The notes below the pieces were generated by a model. The model made no database searches. It had not been told where the DNA came from and saw only the letters and a list, made by a program, of their open reading frames with translations. This document shows, piece after piece, positions 39,468-50,284 of a DNA stretch of 52,526 nucleotides (positions are counted from its first letter, which is position 1; every line of letters begins with the position of its first letter). Location of the stretch: contig JADFYF010000006.1 in NCBI GenBank assembly GCA_015233165.1, positions 1-52,526 of the forward strand. Direction: 5' to 3'. The translations under genes and the position numbers were made by a program. This DNA is from Candidatus Omnitrophota bacterium. GTDB taxonomy: Bacteria > Omnitrophota > Gorgyraeia > Zapsychrales > Fredricksoniimonadaceae.

Positions 39468-41704
39468 TCCGACCAATCCGCTGTTTCTGTAGCAGGTTCT
39501 TCCATCATCACAGTAGATTTCGAGGTGGCAGATCTTTTTTTGAGAGGATTATTGATTTGAAAGAGAATATCGTGAGCTAAGGACTTCCCTATCGTCTTGA
39601 TCGACGCCAGAGAGCTTTCACTCATGGATTTAAGATCGCCTAATTTGTGATAACCATGAGCAAATAATTGACGGGCGCGGATACGGCCAACGCCTTTAAG
39701 GCTGGCTAACTCCAGCAGTTCAGCGCGGATGCCATATCGGATTCTGTTGCGCAGGTCTTCTAGGTTGAAGCTGAGCTTCTTGTAGTGATAGAGTTCGGCA
39801 ATCGTACTTGCTCCATAGAGGAGCCATTCGGCGCTTTCGACATGTCGGTAAATATCTCCCGGTCCGACATTGAAATCATCGCAGAGTGCTTCTTCTTTTT
39901 CCTCGTCAATCCATCGACTTAACAGCCACATGGTTTTAAGAGTAGAGTAATAGGTGTAGGCATCCTGCAGCATCGGTAGATCGGCAGGGGTCAGGATCAG
40001 TTCGTCTTCAATTTTATTGGCGAGGCTTTCGAGTTCTTCGTAATCAGCCTTGCCGACAGAGAGCATTTCACTGTCCGGACAGCAGGCGATGAGGTGCATC
40101 AGTCCTAGATCAGAGAAGTTCTTTCCGGTGTGAATTTTGCTTAAGCCATCGCGCAGCGTTAGACTTGTAATGGGGTCAATATATAGACGGCTGGTGGTGT
40201 TACCAAAGGGTGTTGTAAAGAATCTGAATCCGCTTTTATCAATAAATCCATTTTGATGAAGAAAATCAAAGATTTGTCCGATGAGATCTAAAAGGTTCAA
40301 GCCTTGATGCTGATGAGCGAGGAAGGTTTGATTGATAAAGTCAAACATGCCATTGATATCATGCACATAGCCTGCCGCAATGGAGGAGAGGACATGAATG
40401 CGAAGAGCCGCTTCTGTTCCTAACTTTGAAGTGACTGGTTCCGGGGTAGCTAAGATAAACTTCTCAAATAGGGTGTTCTGTTCCGATAGAGACTTAGCCA
40501 TCAGAACAGCTTCACCATAATCATCATACTGTGGGCGTCCTGCACGGCCGGCGCATTGCTTGTATTCAGAAATGGAAATATAAACAGAACCTAGGCCACT
40601 GGCATAGCGTTTGCAATCACGGATGATCGCTCGACGTGCCGGAAGGTTTACCCCTGCCGCCAAGGTGGGAGTGGAGGCAATAGTTTTAATCAGATTTTTT
40701 TTGAAATGCTCTTCAACCAGTTGTCGCTGTTTAGGTTTAAGACCAGCATGGTGAAAGGCGCTACCGAGTTTGATGCAGTCGGCTAGTTTCTTACAGACCT
40801 TGGTGGCGCTGGGTTCATCGCCGATGTCTTTAGCTAGAATCGCTAATAGTGTTCGTTCTTCAGGGTTCAGTAAGCTGGATATCGAGGAGGATAGTTCTCG
40901 GGCAACAGCCTGTGCTGAGCGACGAGAGTTCACAAAAACAAGAACTTGTCCGCCATCACGAAGAGTATCCATCGTCAGTTTGTCTAAATCATCGGGATGT
41001 TCTTCCTTGATTGTACGCATGGAATCATTGTTAAACATAATACGTTCGTTGTAGTAAACGCCTTCTTTTAAAGGAATTGGTCGCCACTGGCTAAAGGTTA
41101 ACTCTGCGTTAAGCCATTCGGCGATTTCTTTAGCATTACTGATTGTAGCGCTTAAGGCGAGAATTTGAATATCAGGTTTCATTTGCTTGATACGAGTAAT
41201 GAGAATCTCCAGCGTCGGCCCGCGGTTTTCATCGTTGAGCATATGGACTTCATCTAAAATCAGAAGAGTCAGGCTGTTCACTAGCCAGCCGGCCTTGGAG
41301 CGTAGAAGTGAGTCAATCTTTTCAGGGGTAGACACAAGAACTTGGTAGCGGTTTAAATGTTGGCTTGGAGAATCTAGGTCTCCGGTGGCAATGCCGATGG
41401 AGATTCCTAGTTTTTCATATTTTTTTTTGAAATCATGATACTTTTCACTGGCTAAAGCTTTCAGGGGGCAGATATAGAGCGCGCGTCCGCCTTCTTGCAT
41501 AATCGTTTTAAGAAGAGCCAACTCTGCAATCAGCGTCTTTCCTGAAGCCGTGGGGACAGCCATGACAAGATTCTTTTTATCTAAAATGCCCTTTTTAATA
41601 GCATCTACTTGGGGAGGATGAAGGGTTTCAATACCACTGGATAATAGAATTTCGCTGACTTGCACAGGGAAGGAGTAATGCTCAAGGACTTCTTTAATTT
41701 TCAT
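39464..41704 (-). CDS. Ski2-like SF2 DNA helicase, Hel308/Hjm type
   Basis: [42 protein letters not shown]-terminal Hh[11 protein letters not shown]. Confidence 0.92.
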   Translation of the reverse strand: MKIKEVLEHYSFPVQVSEILLSSGIETLHPPQVDAIKKGILDKKNLVMAVPTASGKTLIAELALLKTIMQEGGRALYICPLKALASEKYHDFKKKYEKLGISIGIATGDLDSPSQHLNRYQVLVSTPEKIDSLLRSKAGWLVNSLTLLILDEVHMLNDENRGPTLEILITRIKQMKPDIQILALSATISNAKEIAEWLNAELTFSQWRPIPLKEGVYYNERIMFNNDSMRTIKEEHPDDLDKLTMDTLRDGGQVLVFVNSRRSAQAVARELSSSISSLLNPEERTLLAILAKDIGDEPSATKVCKKLADCIKLGSAFHHAGLKPKQRQLVEEHFKKNLIKTIASTPTLAAGVNLPARRAIIRDCKRYASGLGSVYISISEYKQCAGRAGRPQYDDYGEAVLMAKSLSEQNTLFEKFILATPEPVTSKLGTEAALRIHVLSSIAAGYVHDINGMFDFINQTFLAHQHQGLNLLDLIGQIFDFLHQNGFIDKSGFRFFTTPFGNTTSRLYIDPITSLTLRDGLSKIHTGKNFSDLGLMHLIACCPDSEMLSVGKADYEELESLANKIEDELILTPADLPMLQDAYTYYSTLKTMWLLSRWIDEEKEEALCDDFNVGPGDIYRHVESAEWLLYGASTIAELYHYKKLSFNLEDLRNRIRYGIRAELLELASLKGVGRIRARQLFAHGYHKLGDLKSMSESSLASIKTIGKSLAHDILFQINNPLKKRSATSKSTVMMEEPATETADWSD

Positions 41705-41710
41705 GGTTGC

Positions 41711-41739
41711 TTTTTAACATAGAAAGAGTGGATTGTCAA
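41711..41739 (-). promoter_or_regulatory. Sigma70 promoter, probably giving a leaderless helicase transcript
   Basis: On the minus strand TTGACA-N17-TAAAAA with TG extension, 6 nt before ATG. Confidence 0.6.
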
Positions 41740-41897
41740 TTTTACCGTCGGATTTATTGGAGAAATTTTATTGAATCATATTTATATTCTTTCGAATTAG
41801 AAATAATATAATTTGCTTTTTATAGAAGAAAGTTTGATAATTTATCTCATTCAATTTTATAAAACCGTAGTTATTCATTTAAAGACAGTTACTAGAG

Positions 41898-42824
41898 ATG
41901 CCAGAATCTTTCAAGATTTCCATAGTTCTTCCAGCCTTTAACGAAGAAACCAATATTAGGGTTATGGTCGATCAGCTGACAAATCAATTAGCTGGTTTTG
42001 ACTATGAAATTATTTTTGTTGATGATGGCAGTCAAGACGGTACTCTTCAGATATTAAAGCAACTTTGTACAGAGAATTCAAAGGTGCATTTTTTATCATT
42101 TTCTCGTAATTTTGGCCATCAAAACGCATTAAAAGCAGGGTTAGATCATGCTTGTGGGGATTGCGTCATCTTTATGGATTGTGATTTACAGCATCCTCCA
42201 GAACTTCTTTTGAAAATGGTTCATTTGTGGCAATCCGGGAATGAAGTTGTCTATACAATTAGACAAGATGGAAGAAATACGCCACTTTTAAAGCGTACAA
42301 CAGCTGCGTTATTTTATCGATTTTTAAATCTTTTATCAGATGTTCCCATTACTCATGGTCGAGCAGATTTTTTCTTGATTGATAGAATCGTGGCAGATGT
42401 ATTAAAGAATTATGATGAATCTCCCCTGTTTTATCGAGGGATGCTGTCATGGGTAGGGTTTAAGCAAGTCGCTGTTAAGTACGAGGCTCATCAAAGATTT
42501 TCAGGTAAGACTAAATATTCATTTAAAAAGATGTTTGAGTTTGCTGTTGATGGGATCACCTCGTTTAGTATTAAACCTTTACGTGTTTCTATTTTTTGTG
42601 GAAGTTTCTTATCCGCGGGTGCTTTTATTTATTTAATGTTTATTATTTATCAGAAAGTCTTTACCAATCACACTATTTCTGGATGGTCCTCAATCTTAGC
42701 CAGCGTCTTATTGTTGGGTGGCATACAATTGATTGTCTTGGGGATTATGGGGGAGTACCTAGGTAAGTTGTTTATGAATGCAAAAAGACGTCCTAATTAT
42801 ATTATTCGTGATAAAAGTCTTTGA
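41898..42824 (+). CDS. GT2 polyprenyl-phosphate glycosyltransferase (GtrB/ArnC-like)
   Basis: VDDGS.D, SRNFGHQ.A..AG, MD.DLQHPP, two C-terminal TMs, GEYLG. Confidence 0.92.
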   Translation: MPESFKISIVLPAFNEETNIRVMVDQLTNQLAGFDYEIIFVDDGSQDGTLQILKQLCTENSKVHFLSFSRNFGHQNALKAGLDHACGDCVIFMDCDLQHPPELLLKMVHLWQSGNEVVYTIRQDGRNTPLLKRTTAALFYRFLNLLSDVPITHGRADFFLIDRIVADVLKNYDESPLFYRGMLSWVGFKQVAVKYEAHQRFSGKTKYSFKKMFEFAVDGITSFSIKPLRVSIFCGSFLSAGAFIYLMFIIYQKVFTNHTISGWSSILASVLLLGGIQLIVLGIMGEYLGKLFMNAKRRPNYIIRDKSL

Positions 42825-42841
42825 TAGGTGAAGTCATCCAT

Positions 42842-43663
42842 ATGATATGTGTATGTTGTGGTTCTAAGGATTTTAAAGTTCACCTTTCTGATCTTCTGAG
42901 CTGTTCTTCATGTGGTCATATCACGGCTAATTTGGATTTAAGTTTATTGAATTCGAAAGACATTTATTCGATTAATTATTTTCAAGAAGGGGAATACCTG
43001 GATTATTTTCGAGATAGATCTTGTTTTGAGAAAAACTTTCAGAAAAGACTCAATTCTCTTCTTAAATATCAAGCTACAGGAAACTTATTGGAAATTGGTT
43101 CTGCCAGCGGTTTCTTTTTAAATATGGCTAGCAGACATTTTAATACGGTGGGATATGAGATTTGTGAAGATATGGCCGCTTATGCAAGGATGAATTTTCG
43201 TTTAGATGTCAAATCGATAGATTTTCTCAATAGTGATATTCTTGAGAACACGTATGATGCCGTGGTGATGTGGGACGTTATTGAACATTTGGCACGTCCA
43301 GATGATTTTCTAAAGAAAACTTATTCTGTATTAAAACAAAAGGGTGTCCTTGCTTTAACGACAGGGGATATCAGCAGTTTTATGGCCAAGGTACAGGGAC
43401 GCCAATGGAGACTCATTCACCCCCCGACACATGTTCACTATTTCACAAGATCTTCCATGATTACTTTCTTAAAGCAGCATGGTTTCGAAGTGTTAAGTAT
43501 CCAATATCCTGGGTATTTCAGAAGTGTCAGGCAAATGCTGCAAGGTTCTGTGATTAATCAAAATCAAAAAATATGGAACTTTGTAGATAAAAGTCGTTGG
43601 GCAGGCACTCCCATTTACCTCAATCTTTTTGACATCATGCAAGTGATAGCCCGAAGAGTTTAA
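42842..43663 (+). CDS. Class I SAM-dependent methyltransferase with N-terminal Cys4 motif
   Basis: CVCC..CSSC; LLEIGSASG; WDVIEH. Confidence 0.88.
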   Translation: MICVCCGSKDFKVHLSDLLSCSSCGHITANLDLSLLNSKDIYSINYFQEGEYLDYFRDRSCFEKNFQKRLNSLLKYQATGNLLEIGSASGFFLNMASRHFNTVGYEICEDMAAYARMNFRLDVKSIDFLNSDILENTYDAVVMWDVIEHLARPDDFLKKTYSVLKQKGVLALTTGDISSFMAKVQGRQWRLIHPPTHVHYFTRSSMITFLKQHGFEVLSIQYPGYFRSVRQMLQGSVINQNQKIWNFVDKSRWAGTPIYLNLFDIMQVIARRV

Positions 43664-43671
43664 TAAATTTA

Positions 43672-45906
43672 ATGATTCATTATCTAGATATTGTTTGTAG
43701 TCTTTTTTTGCAGGCCTGGTATGTTCCTTCCTTAGTCTTCTTAACAGCTATTATTTATTACTTTTCTAGAGGCAAGAGTACCGTTTCTTTAGAAACACGT
43801 GATCATTATTGGTGGTTAATAGCCGTCGGGTTTATTGTTTTCTTGTTATTATCACCAGCTTATTGGTTATTTGGGGAAAATGCTGCGCATAGTTTTTCGG
43901 ATGATGTAACGCATACCTTACAGACGTATCTATCTTCTTCTCATCGAGGAGATTCTTTTAATTGGACGAATAGTTTGACGGGAGGTATGGACCGTTGGCT
44001 TTTACCGAATTGTTACCCGTGGTCTTTAGGACGGATTTATGCGCTTTTTCTTTCGCATCCTTATCAACTGTATCTGTTAGTCATTGCGATTAACGTTGTA
44101 TTAGTTTTTGTTTTTTCTTGGAAGATTCAAAGAGAGATTCTTGGGATGCAGCGATGGGCGTGCTATCTGGGATCCTTGGTCACAGTTATCATTGAGGGAT
44201 ATTGGACAGGTTTATATCCGGACGCGCACGTTTCTAATGGACATGGCTTTGCAGTTATCATTGTCGGAGTTTATTGGTTAACACGTTTTTGTCGGCATCG
44301 TTATTTTTGGCTTGTGGCAGTCATGGTCGGGATCGCTATGGCGGTTGGCTCCTGGACACCTTTTCATAATTTGCTGCCACTTTTGATGACTATGGGTATA
44401 TGGGGTTTGGTGTTTTGGGGGCAAGGATCCTGGATTAAAGTGTTTAAGGCGAATATCTTAATCTTGATTACTGTCATTGTTGTTCTTTTTCCTTATTTTT
44501 TAGCTATTAAATTATTATTTGCGGCTTCAGGGCGCTCTGAGGTTTTCAGACCTACTGTTAATCTATCCGGGTTATATTTAATGCCGCAGATGCGGGTATT
44601 ATTGGGTATGGCAGTAGTTGGAGGACTCTTAAGGATCTATCGTCAGAAAATTGTGCAACAGGTTTTAGTGATGTTTTTGGGATTTTCTGTATTACCTTTA
44701 ATAGCTCATTGGATGGAGGCAAGCAGGGTTATGCCGTCATTTCGTTGGCAATTATTTTATGCGGGAAACGATGCTTGGACCTGGATGGCCGCTGTGTTCT
44801 TTTTAGAAAGGATTCAGCGAGAAATTCATGAGCGATGGGCTGTCGCGGGAATTGCCTGCAAATGGATGATGATTACTGCTTGTTCGACGATGATCATCTT
44901 TGCCTGGATGGACTCACTATGGATGGATTTAGTTTCTTCATACCCTGCGGGTAATTGGAAGACCCTGACGGATACGTCTGTCAGCTCACGAATGAAGGTT
45001 ATGGAACCAAGATTGGGAAGGGTTGTTGGTATTGATGATACGAATGATATGCATTTTTGGGGACAATTTCAAGGTTTTGAATCTGCCTTGGGGTATACTC
45101 CATTTATTGATCGACGTAAGACATATTTTTGGTGGTATACGGCTATGGGACAAAGCTTACACGGGGCATATACAGCTGCTTTTTTATCAATTCCTATACC
45201 AGTCCTCAAACATGATAAACATTTAGATTTTCCAATACCATTAAATGCCCTGGTTAGTCTTGATGCACTTAAGTTAGGTAATGTCCGATGGATTGTTTCA
45301 CACCATCCTTTATATCCGATGGAGGGGTTGCAGTTGGTGGATGGGGATGTTGGTCGGGACCCCGCATGTACAGATGAGCCTTTGCCGTTATCACGAGTTG
45401 ATTTTAATAATTGGAATCGTTATTGGAGGGACGTCGGCTGTATTATTAAAGATTATTCCTATCCACGATCTTTATATTTTTATCATTTAGAAGGAGCCTT
45501 GCCTCGTGTTTATTTGGCTACTCAAGTATTGCCATGGCCACAAGGACAGATTCAGGTTTTAAGCCAGCAACAATTATCTTTTGCTGTTCAAGAAGCAGCG
45601 TTTGTTGATTTAAAGGAATGGAAGCCGTATCAGGGGGTTAATGACTCTTTAGTAGATATTAAGGATTATCACAATGATTTCATACGGCTACATATCAAGG
45701 CCCAGCAGGAGGTCTTGGTTGTTCTTTCTACTACTTTAAATTCTTATTGGCAGATTTATATTCAGGGGAAACAGGTTCCTTTTTTTGATGTGAATGGTTT
45801 TCAAACGGGTATTTGGGTAACTCCGGGCAATAAAGAGGCGGAACTCATCTATTGTCCTCCTTTTCGTCCTGGTAAGCATCCTTTGTGTTCTCGAGGATCA
45901 AAATAG
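43672..45906 (+). CDS. YfhO-like multi-TM membrane protein (GT-C-like)
   Basis: Many TM helices; ALPRVY; C-terminal W..YI.G....V.G.Q.G..V..G domain. Confidence 0.6.
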   Translation: MIHYLDIVCSLFLQAWYVPSLVFLTAIIYYFSRGKSTVSLETRDHYWWLIAVGFIVFLLLSPAYWLFGENAAHSFSDDVTHTLQTYLSSSHRGDSFNWTNSLTGGMDRWLLPNCYPWSLGRIYALFLSHPYQLYLLVIAINVVLVFVFSWKIQREILGMQRWACYLGSLVTVIIEGYWTGLYPDAHVSNGHGFAVIIVGVYWLTRFCRHRYFWLVAVMVGIAMAVGSWTPFHNLLPLLMTMGIWGLVFWGQGSWIKVFKANILILITVIVVLFPYFLAIKLLFAASGRSEVFRPTVNLSGLYLMPQMRVLLGMAVVGGLLRIYRQKIVQQVLVMFLGFSVLPLIAHWMEASRVMPSFRWQLFYAGNDAWTWMAAVFFLERIQREIHERWAVAGIACKWMMITACSTMIIFAWMDSLWMDLVSSYPAGNWKTLTDTSVSSRMKVMEPRLGRVVGIDDTNDMHFWGQFQGFESALGYTPFIDRRKTYFWWYTAMGQSLHGAYTAAFLSIPIPVLKHDKHLDFPIPLNALVSLDALKLGNVRWIVSHHPLYPMEGLQLVDGDVGRDPACTDEPLPLSRVDFNNWNRYWRDVGCIIKDYSYPRSLYFYHLEGALPRVYLATQVLPWPQGQIQVLSQQQLSFAVQEAAFVDLKEWKPYQGVNDSLVDIKDYHNDFIRLHIKAQQEVLVVLSTTLNSYWQIYIQGKQVPFFDVNGFQTGIWVTPGNKEAELIYCPPFRPGKHPLCSRGSK

Positions 45907-45919
45907 GAAATATTCATTT

Positions 45920-47494
45920 ATGAAAAAACAAATTTTATATTGGATTTTATGGGGCATTCTTCTATTGGAATATGCCTATATATTCTTAGTTTTGCTTAAT
46001 TATGATATGGCTTGGATGAATCCGGAGAAGGTGTTTACACATGCCTGGATTCTAGAAAACGGTTCTAACTTGAGATGGGAAGATATTATTAAATCTTTAA
46101 ATATTGATATTATTGAAGTTAATGCGGAGAGGCTTTCTAGACCTATATCGAATCTTGTTGAAGTTCTCGATACAAAATTTCGCGCTAATTGTTGGAATTT
46201 CTTCGTGCCACATCCGTCGTTTTCTTCTTTATGGCCTGTGTTATTTTTAGCCCTTCCAGTTTTTTTATACAGATTCTTTATTAATATGGGATGTCAACGC
46301 GTGATTGCATTATCAGGGGTTTGTTTATATTTAAGTTCAATAGGGTTCTTGGGACCGATTGTGATGATGTTTCATCCTTCTAAAAGTTTGGTTAATTTTT
46401 TTGGTGTTTTTAGTTTATGGGGGATTTCGGTGTTGTATAAGAAGACGGTGCCCTTAGGGGAGAACGTCTCAATTAAGAATATCTCAAATTTCTGGATATT
46501 TTTTATAGGATTCTTAGTCAGTATGTATATGGGGTTCTTTTCCGATGAAACAGGTTTGTTTATTTATGTGGTTAATCTAGTTCTTTTGTTTCCAGTTCTA
46601 AATAGAGTTAAGGAAAGAAAGATTTTATGGGCAATTGTCTTATTGATACCAGTTCTTTATTTAATAACATTGCAAGTGTTTTTGCCTTATTTACACTTTG
46701 TAGTCAGAGGACGTGTTATCAATTTTACTCATTATGAAGCCTGTCCTCATTTATCTAGTTTGTTTTTTCCTAATTGGGGTTATCTTTGGACTAATTGTTG
46801 TTGGTTGTTTTCTGACTATCCTCACCTGATGTCAAATTTTAGAAATTCATTGACGTGTTGGCTATTTTTCTTGTTGCAGGTTATTTATAGTGGTCTATTT
46901 GTGTTCATTGTTGTGATATTTGTTAGAAGAAATTTGTTTGTTGCGTTGAACTTTTGGGCTAAGAAGGCTCTTGTATTCTTAGGACTTTTAGTTGCTTATG
47001 TTTTTTTTCAGACTTTTCAACTTTCGGCCAATGCCCATGTGTGGGGCGTATGGTGGTACGGAAGTCTTTTCTCATTGATTTATTTTATCACCTTTACTTT
47101 TATTCTTCAGGAAGTCTGGGGTAATGAGAAGAACCATTTGTTTCAGAAATGCTTTGTATTTATTGTGGCAATTCTTGTTATGGAAAGTTTAATATTTACT
47201 ACGTATAGAATTAATATTTTTAAACATCAAAATTTAGATCGTAATAATTATCAATTTATGGATATATTTAATGGAAAAATAAACCCTTATAGGGAATACG
47301 ATTTTTTGAGCAGTGCCCAAAGGAGTAGGTGTAAGTACCTGTATGCTCGAAACCTATGGGAAAAGGCTAAACAAAAGGACATTAGTTCTATTAATTCTTC
47401 TCAAATGGAATACTGTCGTACCATTTTAAACAAAGAAGGTTACTTTCCAGTTGAAATATTGTATGAATCTTTTGAATTGCGGAGGAAGAAATAA
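45920..47494 (+). CDS. Multi-TM membrane protein, putative glycosyltransferase/polymerase
   Basis: About 10 hydrophobic segments; RP.S and SDETG motifs. Confidence 0.55.
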   Translation: MKKQILYWILWGILLLEYAYIFLVLLNYDMAWMNPEKVFTHAWILENGSNLRWEDIIKSLNIDIIEVNAERLSRPISNLVEVLDTKFRANCWNFFVPHPSFSSLWPVLFLALPVFLYRFFINMGCQRVIALSGVCLYLSSIGFLGPIVMMFHPSKSLVNFFGVFSLWGISVLYKKTVPLGENVSIKNISNFWIFFIGFLVSMYMGFFSDETGLFIYVVNLVLLFPVLNRVKERKILWAIVLLIPVLYLITLQVFLPYLHFVVRGRVINFTHYEACPHLSSLFFPNWGYLWTNCCWLFSDYPHLMSNFRNSLTCWLFFLLQVIYSGLFVFIVVIFVRRNLFVALNFWAKKALVFLGLLVAYVFFQTFQLSANAHVWGVWWYGSLFSLIYFITFTFILQEVWGNEKNHLFQKCFVFIVAILVMESLIFTTYRINIFKHQNLDRNNYQFMDIFNGKINPYREYDFLSSAQRSRCKYLYARNLWEKAKQKDISSINSSQMEYCRTILNKEGYFPVEILYESFELRRKK

Positions 47495-49069
47495 ATGATG
47501 AATTTTTTAACTACTTTTTCTAAAGTCCTTCGTGTTTTGCTTGCCATTCTTCTTCTATATTTTGCTTTTTATCTGTTAGTCTATCATTATAAATTAATTG
47601 TTTTTCCTTATTCGAATACGTTTAGAGAGGCGGCTTTAGAATCAACAACATCATTGTTGACTCATGGTTTAAATCCGTATGCATTTGAGTCTCAACCACA
47701 ATATGCCAATCTCTATGGTATCGTTTATCCTCTCATTGTTTGGCCTTTGGCTAGTCATTGGGGAGTCACACTTCTCGTACATAGGGTTGTTACAGCTTTC
47801 TTTATTTTTGCCTGTTGTTTCTTTATGTTTTGGGTTCTTTTAAAGAAGAAGGTTCCTTTCCTGTTAAACGTCTTAGCTATACTCATGTTATATGCCTCCT
47901 TAATTTACCCAGCCACGAGTACGCCCTGTGTAGATCCCGCCGCTACAGGTTTATTTTTTATGTTGTTAACAATTTTTATTCCTTATTTTGGGAAGTATTC
48001 TTATCGATCATTAGTTTTTAGTTTGGTTCTTGGGATATTGGCTTTTTATACGAAACCTTATTTTGTCTTAGGGGTGCCTATTATGGTTTCGTATGTGTTT
48101 CTTTTTATTTCTAAAAAGAGGGCTATATTTTATGGTGGATTAGGCTGTTTAATGTTTGTTGTCAGTATTTTTGTGATGAATAAGATTTTTCCAAGCTATT
48201 TTGATAATTGTTTTTTTGTGCATAGCAATTCTGCTTCTGAGTGGGAAAGTATGGAACGACTTGTCAGTCAGCTGAAGTCCTATTCCTATTTGCATATGGG
48301 GGTTTTGATTTTTATAATTGGATTTTTGATAAACCGCTTATATCGGTTTATAAGATTAGGACAGTGGCAGACTCTTCAAGACAATATTTTAGGCTTTCCA
48401 AAACGTATTCAATGGTTTGTTGCAGAATCCCCCTTGATAAAAGGTTTTTTATCCTTAGAAATATGGGCGGGTATATGCACTTTCTTGGTTCTTGTTCTTT
48501 CGTTAGGAAAACACGGGGGGGCAACATTGTGGTATTTTTTCCAATTACTCTCTCCATTTTTATTAATGGCCGTTGCTCAATTAGCTGCTTCGATGAGTTT
48601 ATGGATATGGATAGCGGCTCCCTTATTCATTCTTAGCCTCCATTTATTAACAGTTGACGATAGTTTTGATAAGCAAATGGATGGGTGGGCAGAGGTTCAG
48701 GCTATTGTAAATACTAACCGTCATATTTTTTGTTCTTCTCTCATTGCACCTTTATTATTGGAAAGAAATAAAGAAATTTTTGATAGCGGCCAATCTGAAT
48801 ACTTCTTGTATGGAGCTGAACGTAGAGGATTTTGGGGCTTATTATTTCAGGAGGACAAAAGGGTTTATGGGGCAATGTCTAATTACCTGAATAGAATTGA
48901 TCAAATGATTCAGCATAAAGAGTTTGAATTGCTTATTGTTTGTGGCTATCCGTCTTTTCTTAAGAAAGATGTGGAAAGGTTTTATAGAAAAGCCGGGGCA
49001 TTTCCTTTGTATGTGCCTCAGGAACGAAGGTCGTATTTTCTAGAAATTTGGGTACCTGCGGATAAATAA
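47495..49069 (+). CDS. Multi-TM membrane protein, GT-C-like
   Basis: E......L..G.NPY, YG..YP, AF.TK; many TM helices. Confidence 0.6.
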   Translation: MMNFLTTFSKVLRVLLAILLLYFAFYLLVYHYKLIVFPYSNTFREAALESTTSLLTHGLNPYAFESQPQYANLYGIVYPLIVWPLASHWGVTLLVHRVVTAFFIFACCFFMFWVLLKKKVPFLLNVLAILMLYASLIYPATSTPCVDPAATGLFFMLLTIFIPYFGKYSYRSLVFSLVLGILAFYTKPYFVLGVPIMVSYVFLFISKKRAIFYGGLGCLMFVVSIFVMNKIFPSYFDNCFFVHSNSASEWESMERLVSQLKSYSYLHMGVLIFIIGFLINRLYRFIRLGQWQTLQDNILGFPKRIQWFVAESPLIKGFLSLEIWAGICTFLVLVLSLGKHGGATLWYFFQLLSPFLLMAVAQLAASMSLWIWIAAPLFILSLHLLTVDDSFDKQMDGWAEVQAIVNTNRHIFCSSLIAPLLLERNKEIFDSGQSEYFLYGAERRGFWGLLFQEDKRVYGAMSNYLNRIDQMIQHKEFELLIVCGYPSFLKKDVERFYRKAGAFPLYVPQERRSYFLEIWVPADK

Positions 49070-49073
49070 GTCC

Positions 49074-49523
49074 ATGCGTATTGTCATTCAAAGAGTCAAA
49101 GAAGCTGGCGTTACTGTTGATGCCAAAATTGTAGGACAGATCGGGCAGGGTATTCTTGTTTTTCTAGGAATTGCTCAAACAGATACATTAATGCAGGCAG
49201 ATTGGTTAATAAAAAAGTTAATTGAATTGAGGATTTTTGAGGATAAAGAAGGTAGGATGAATCTATCTGCTTTGGAGGTGGGGGCGCAATTCTTGGTCGT
49301 ATCTCAGTTTACGTTGTATGGCCATTGTGATAAGGGACGAAGGCCTTCTTTTGATGAGGCGGCTGATCCTAAGAAAGCGGAAGAGTTTTATAATTATTTT
49401 ATAGAGGGTTTAAGGAAAAATAATGTTGTTGTGGCTACGGGACGTTTTCGGGCAATGATGGATGTGGCCTTGGTTAACGATGGTCCGGTGACATTCATTT
49501 TAGAAGCTAATGCCAATCATTGA
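49074..49523 (+). CDS. dtd: D-aminoacyl-tRNA deacylase
   Basis: MRIVIQRV, LRIFED, VSQFTL, GRRPSF, NDGPVT. Confidence 0.97.
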   Translation: MRIVIQRVKEAGVTVDAKIVGQIGQGILVFLGIAQTDTLMQADWLIKKLIELRIFEDKEGRMNLSALEVGAQFLVVSQFTLYGHCDKGRRPSFDEAADPKKAEEFYNYFIEGLRKNNVVVATGRFRAMMDVALVNDGPVTFILEANANH

Positions 49524-50277
49524 TACCCATGCGCATATTGATCAGATTGAAAACTGGCCCGAGGCGCTTGAACGTGCCAAGCAGGCAGGGGTCAGCGATA
49601 TCGTGGCTGTTAGTCTTGATCTGGATTCAATGCGTAAGATTTTGGAGTTGTCTCAAGATGTTAGGGGGGTACGTATTCATCCGGCCTTTGGCGTCCATCC
49701 CGAGATGATCAAAAATGGGTTACCATCTAAAGAAGTATTTGATTTTATTCGTTCTCACATTAAAGAGGCTGTTGCTATTGGAGAAACAGGTTTAGATTTC
49801 TGGTATAAGTCTGTTAAGGATAATCAGGAAGAAAAAGATAAGCAGAGAAGTTCTTTTACAAAACATTTGGAATTGGCTAAGGAGTTTGATCTTCCCATTA
49901 TTATTCACAGTCGGGGAGCTTGGGGGGACTGCTTGGATATGACTAAGCAAATGGGAGTTACAAAGGCTTTATTCCATTGGTATAGCGGGCCTTTAGATGT
50001 TTTACAGGGGATTTTAGAAGCGGGCTATTATGTTTCGACAAGTCCTAGTGTCGCCTATAGTCCCCAATCTCAGCAGGCGATGTTAGCTGCCGATGTGTAT
50101 CATATTGTGCTTGAAACAGATTCTCCGGTGACCTATCGGGATGAGCATGGAAGCTTTAAGAGTGAACCTAAGGATGTTGTTCGGACGCTTAAAGCCTTAA
50201 GTTGTTTAAAGAATATCGACGAAGAACAGCTTTTGAACATAGTTAACAAGAATGCAAAAGATTTATTTAGGATTTAG
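49510..50277 (+). CDS. tatD: TatD-family nuclease/hydrolase
   Basis: IDTHAH, GVHP, IGETGLD, HSRGA, ETDSP. Confidence 0.92.
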   Translation: MPIIDTHAHIDQIENWPEALERAKQAGVSDIVAVSLDLDSMRKILELSQDVRGVRIHPAFGVHPEMIKNGLPSKEVFDFIRSHIKEAVAIGETGLDFWYKSVKDNQEEKDKQRSSFTKHLELAKEFDLPIIIHSRGAWGDCLDMTKQMGVTKALFHWYSGPLDVLQGILEAGYYVSTSPSVAYSPQSQQAMLAADVYHIVLETDSPVTYRDEHGSFKSEPKDVVRTLKALSCLKNIDEEQLLNIVNKNAKDLFRI

Positions 50278-50284
50278 GGTGTTT

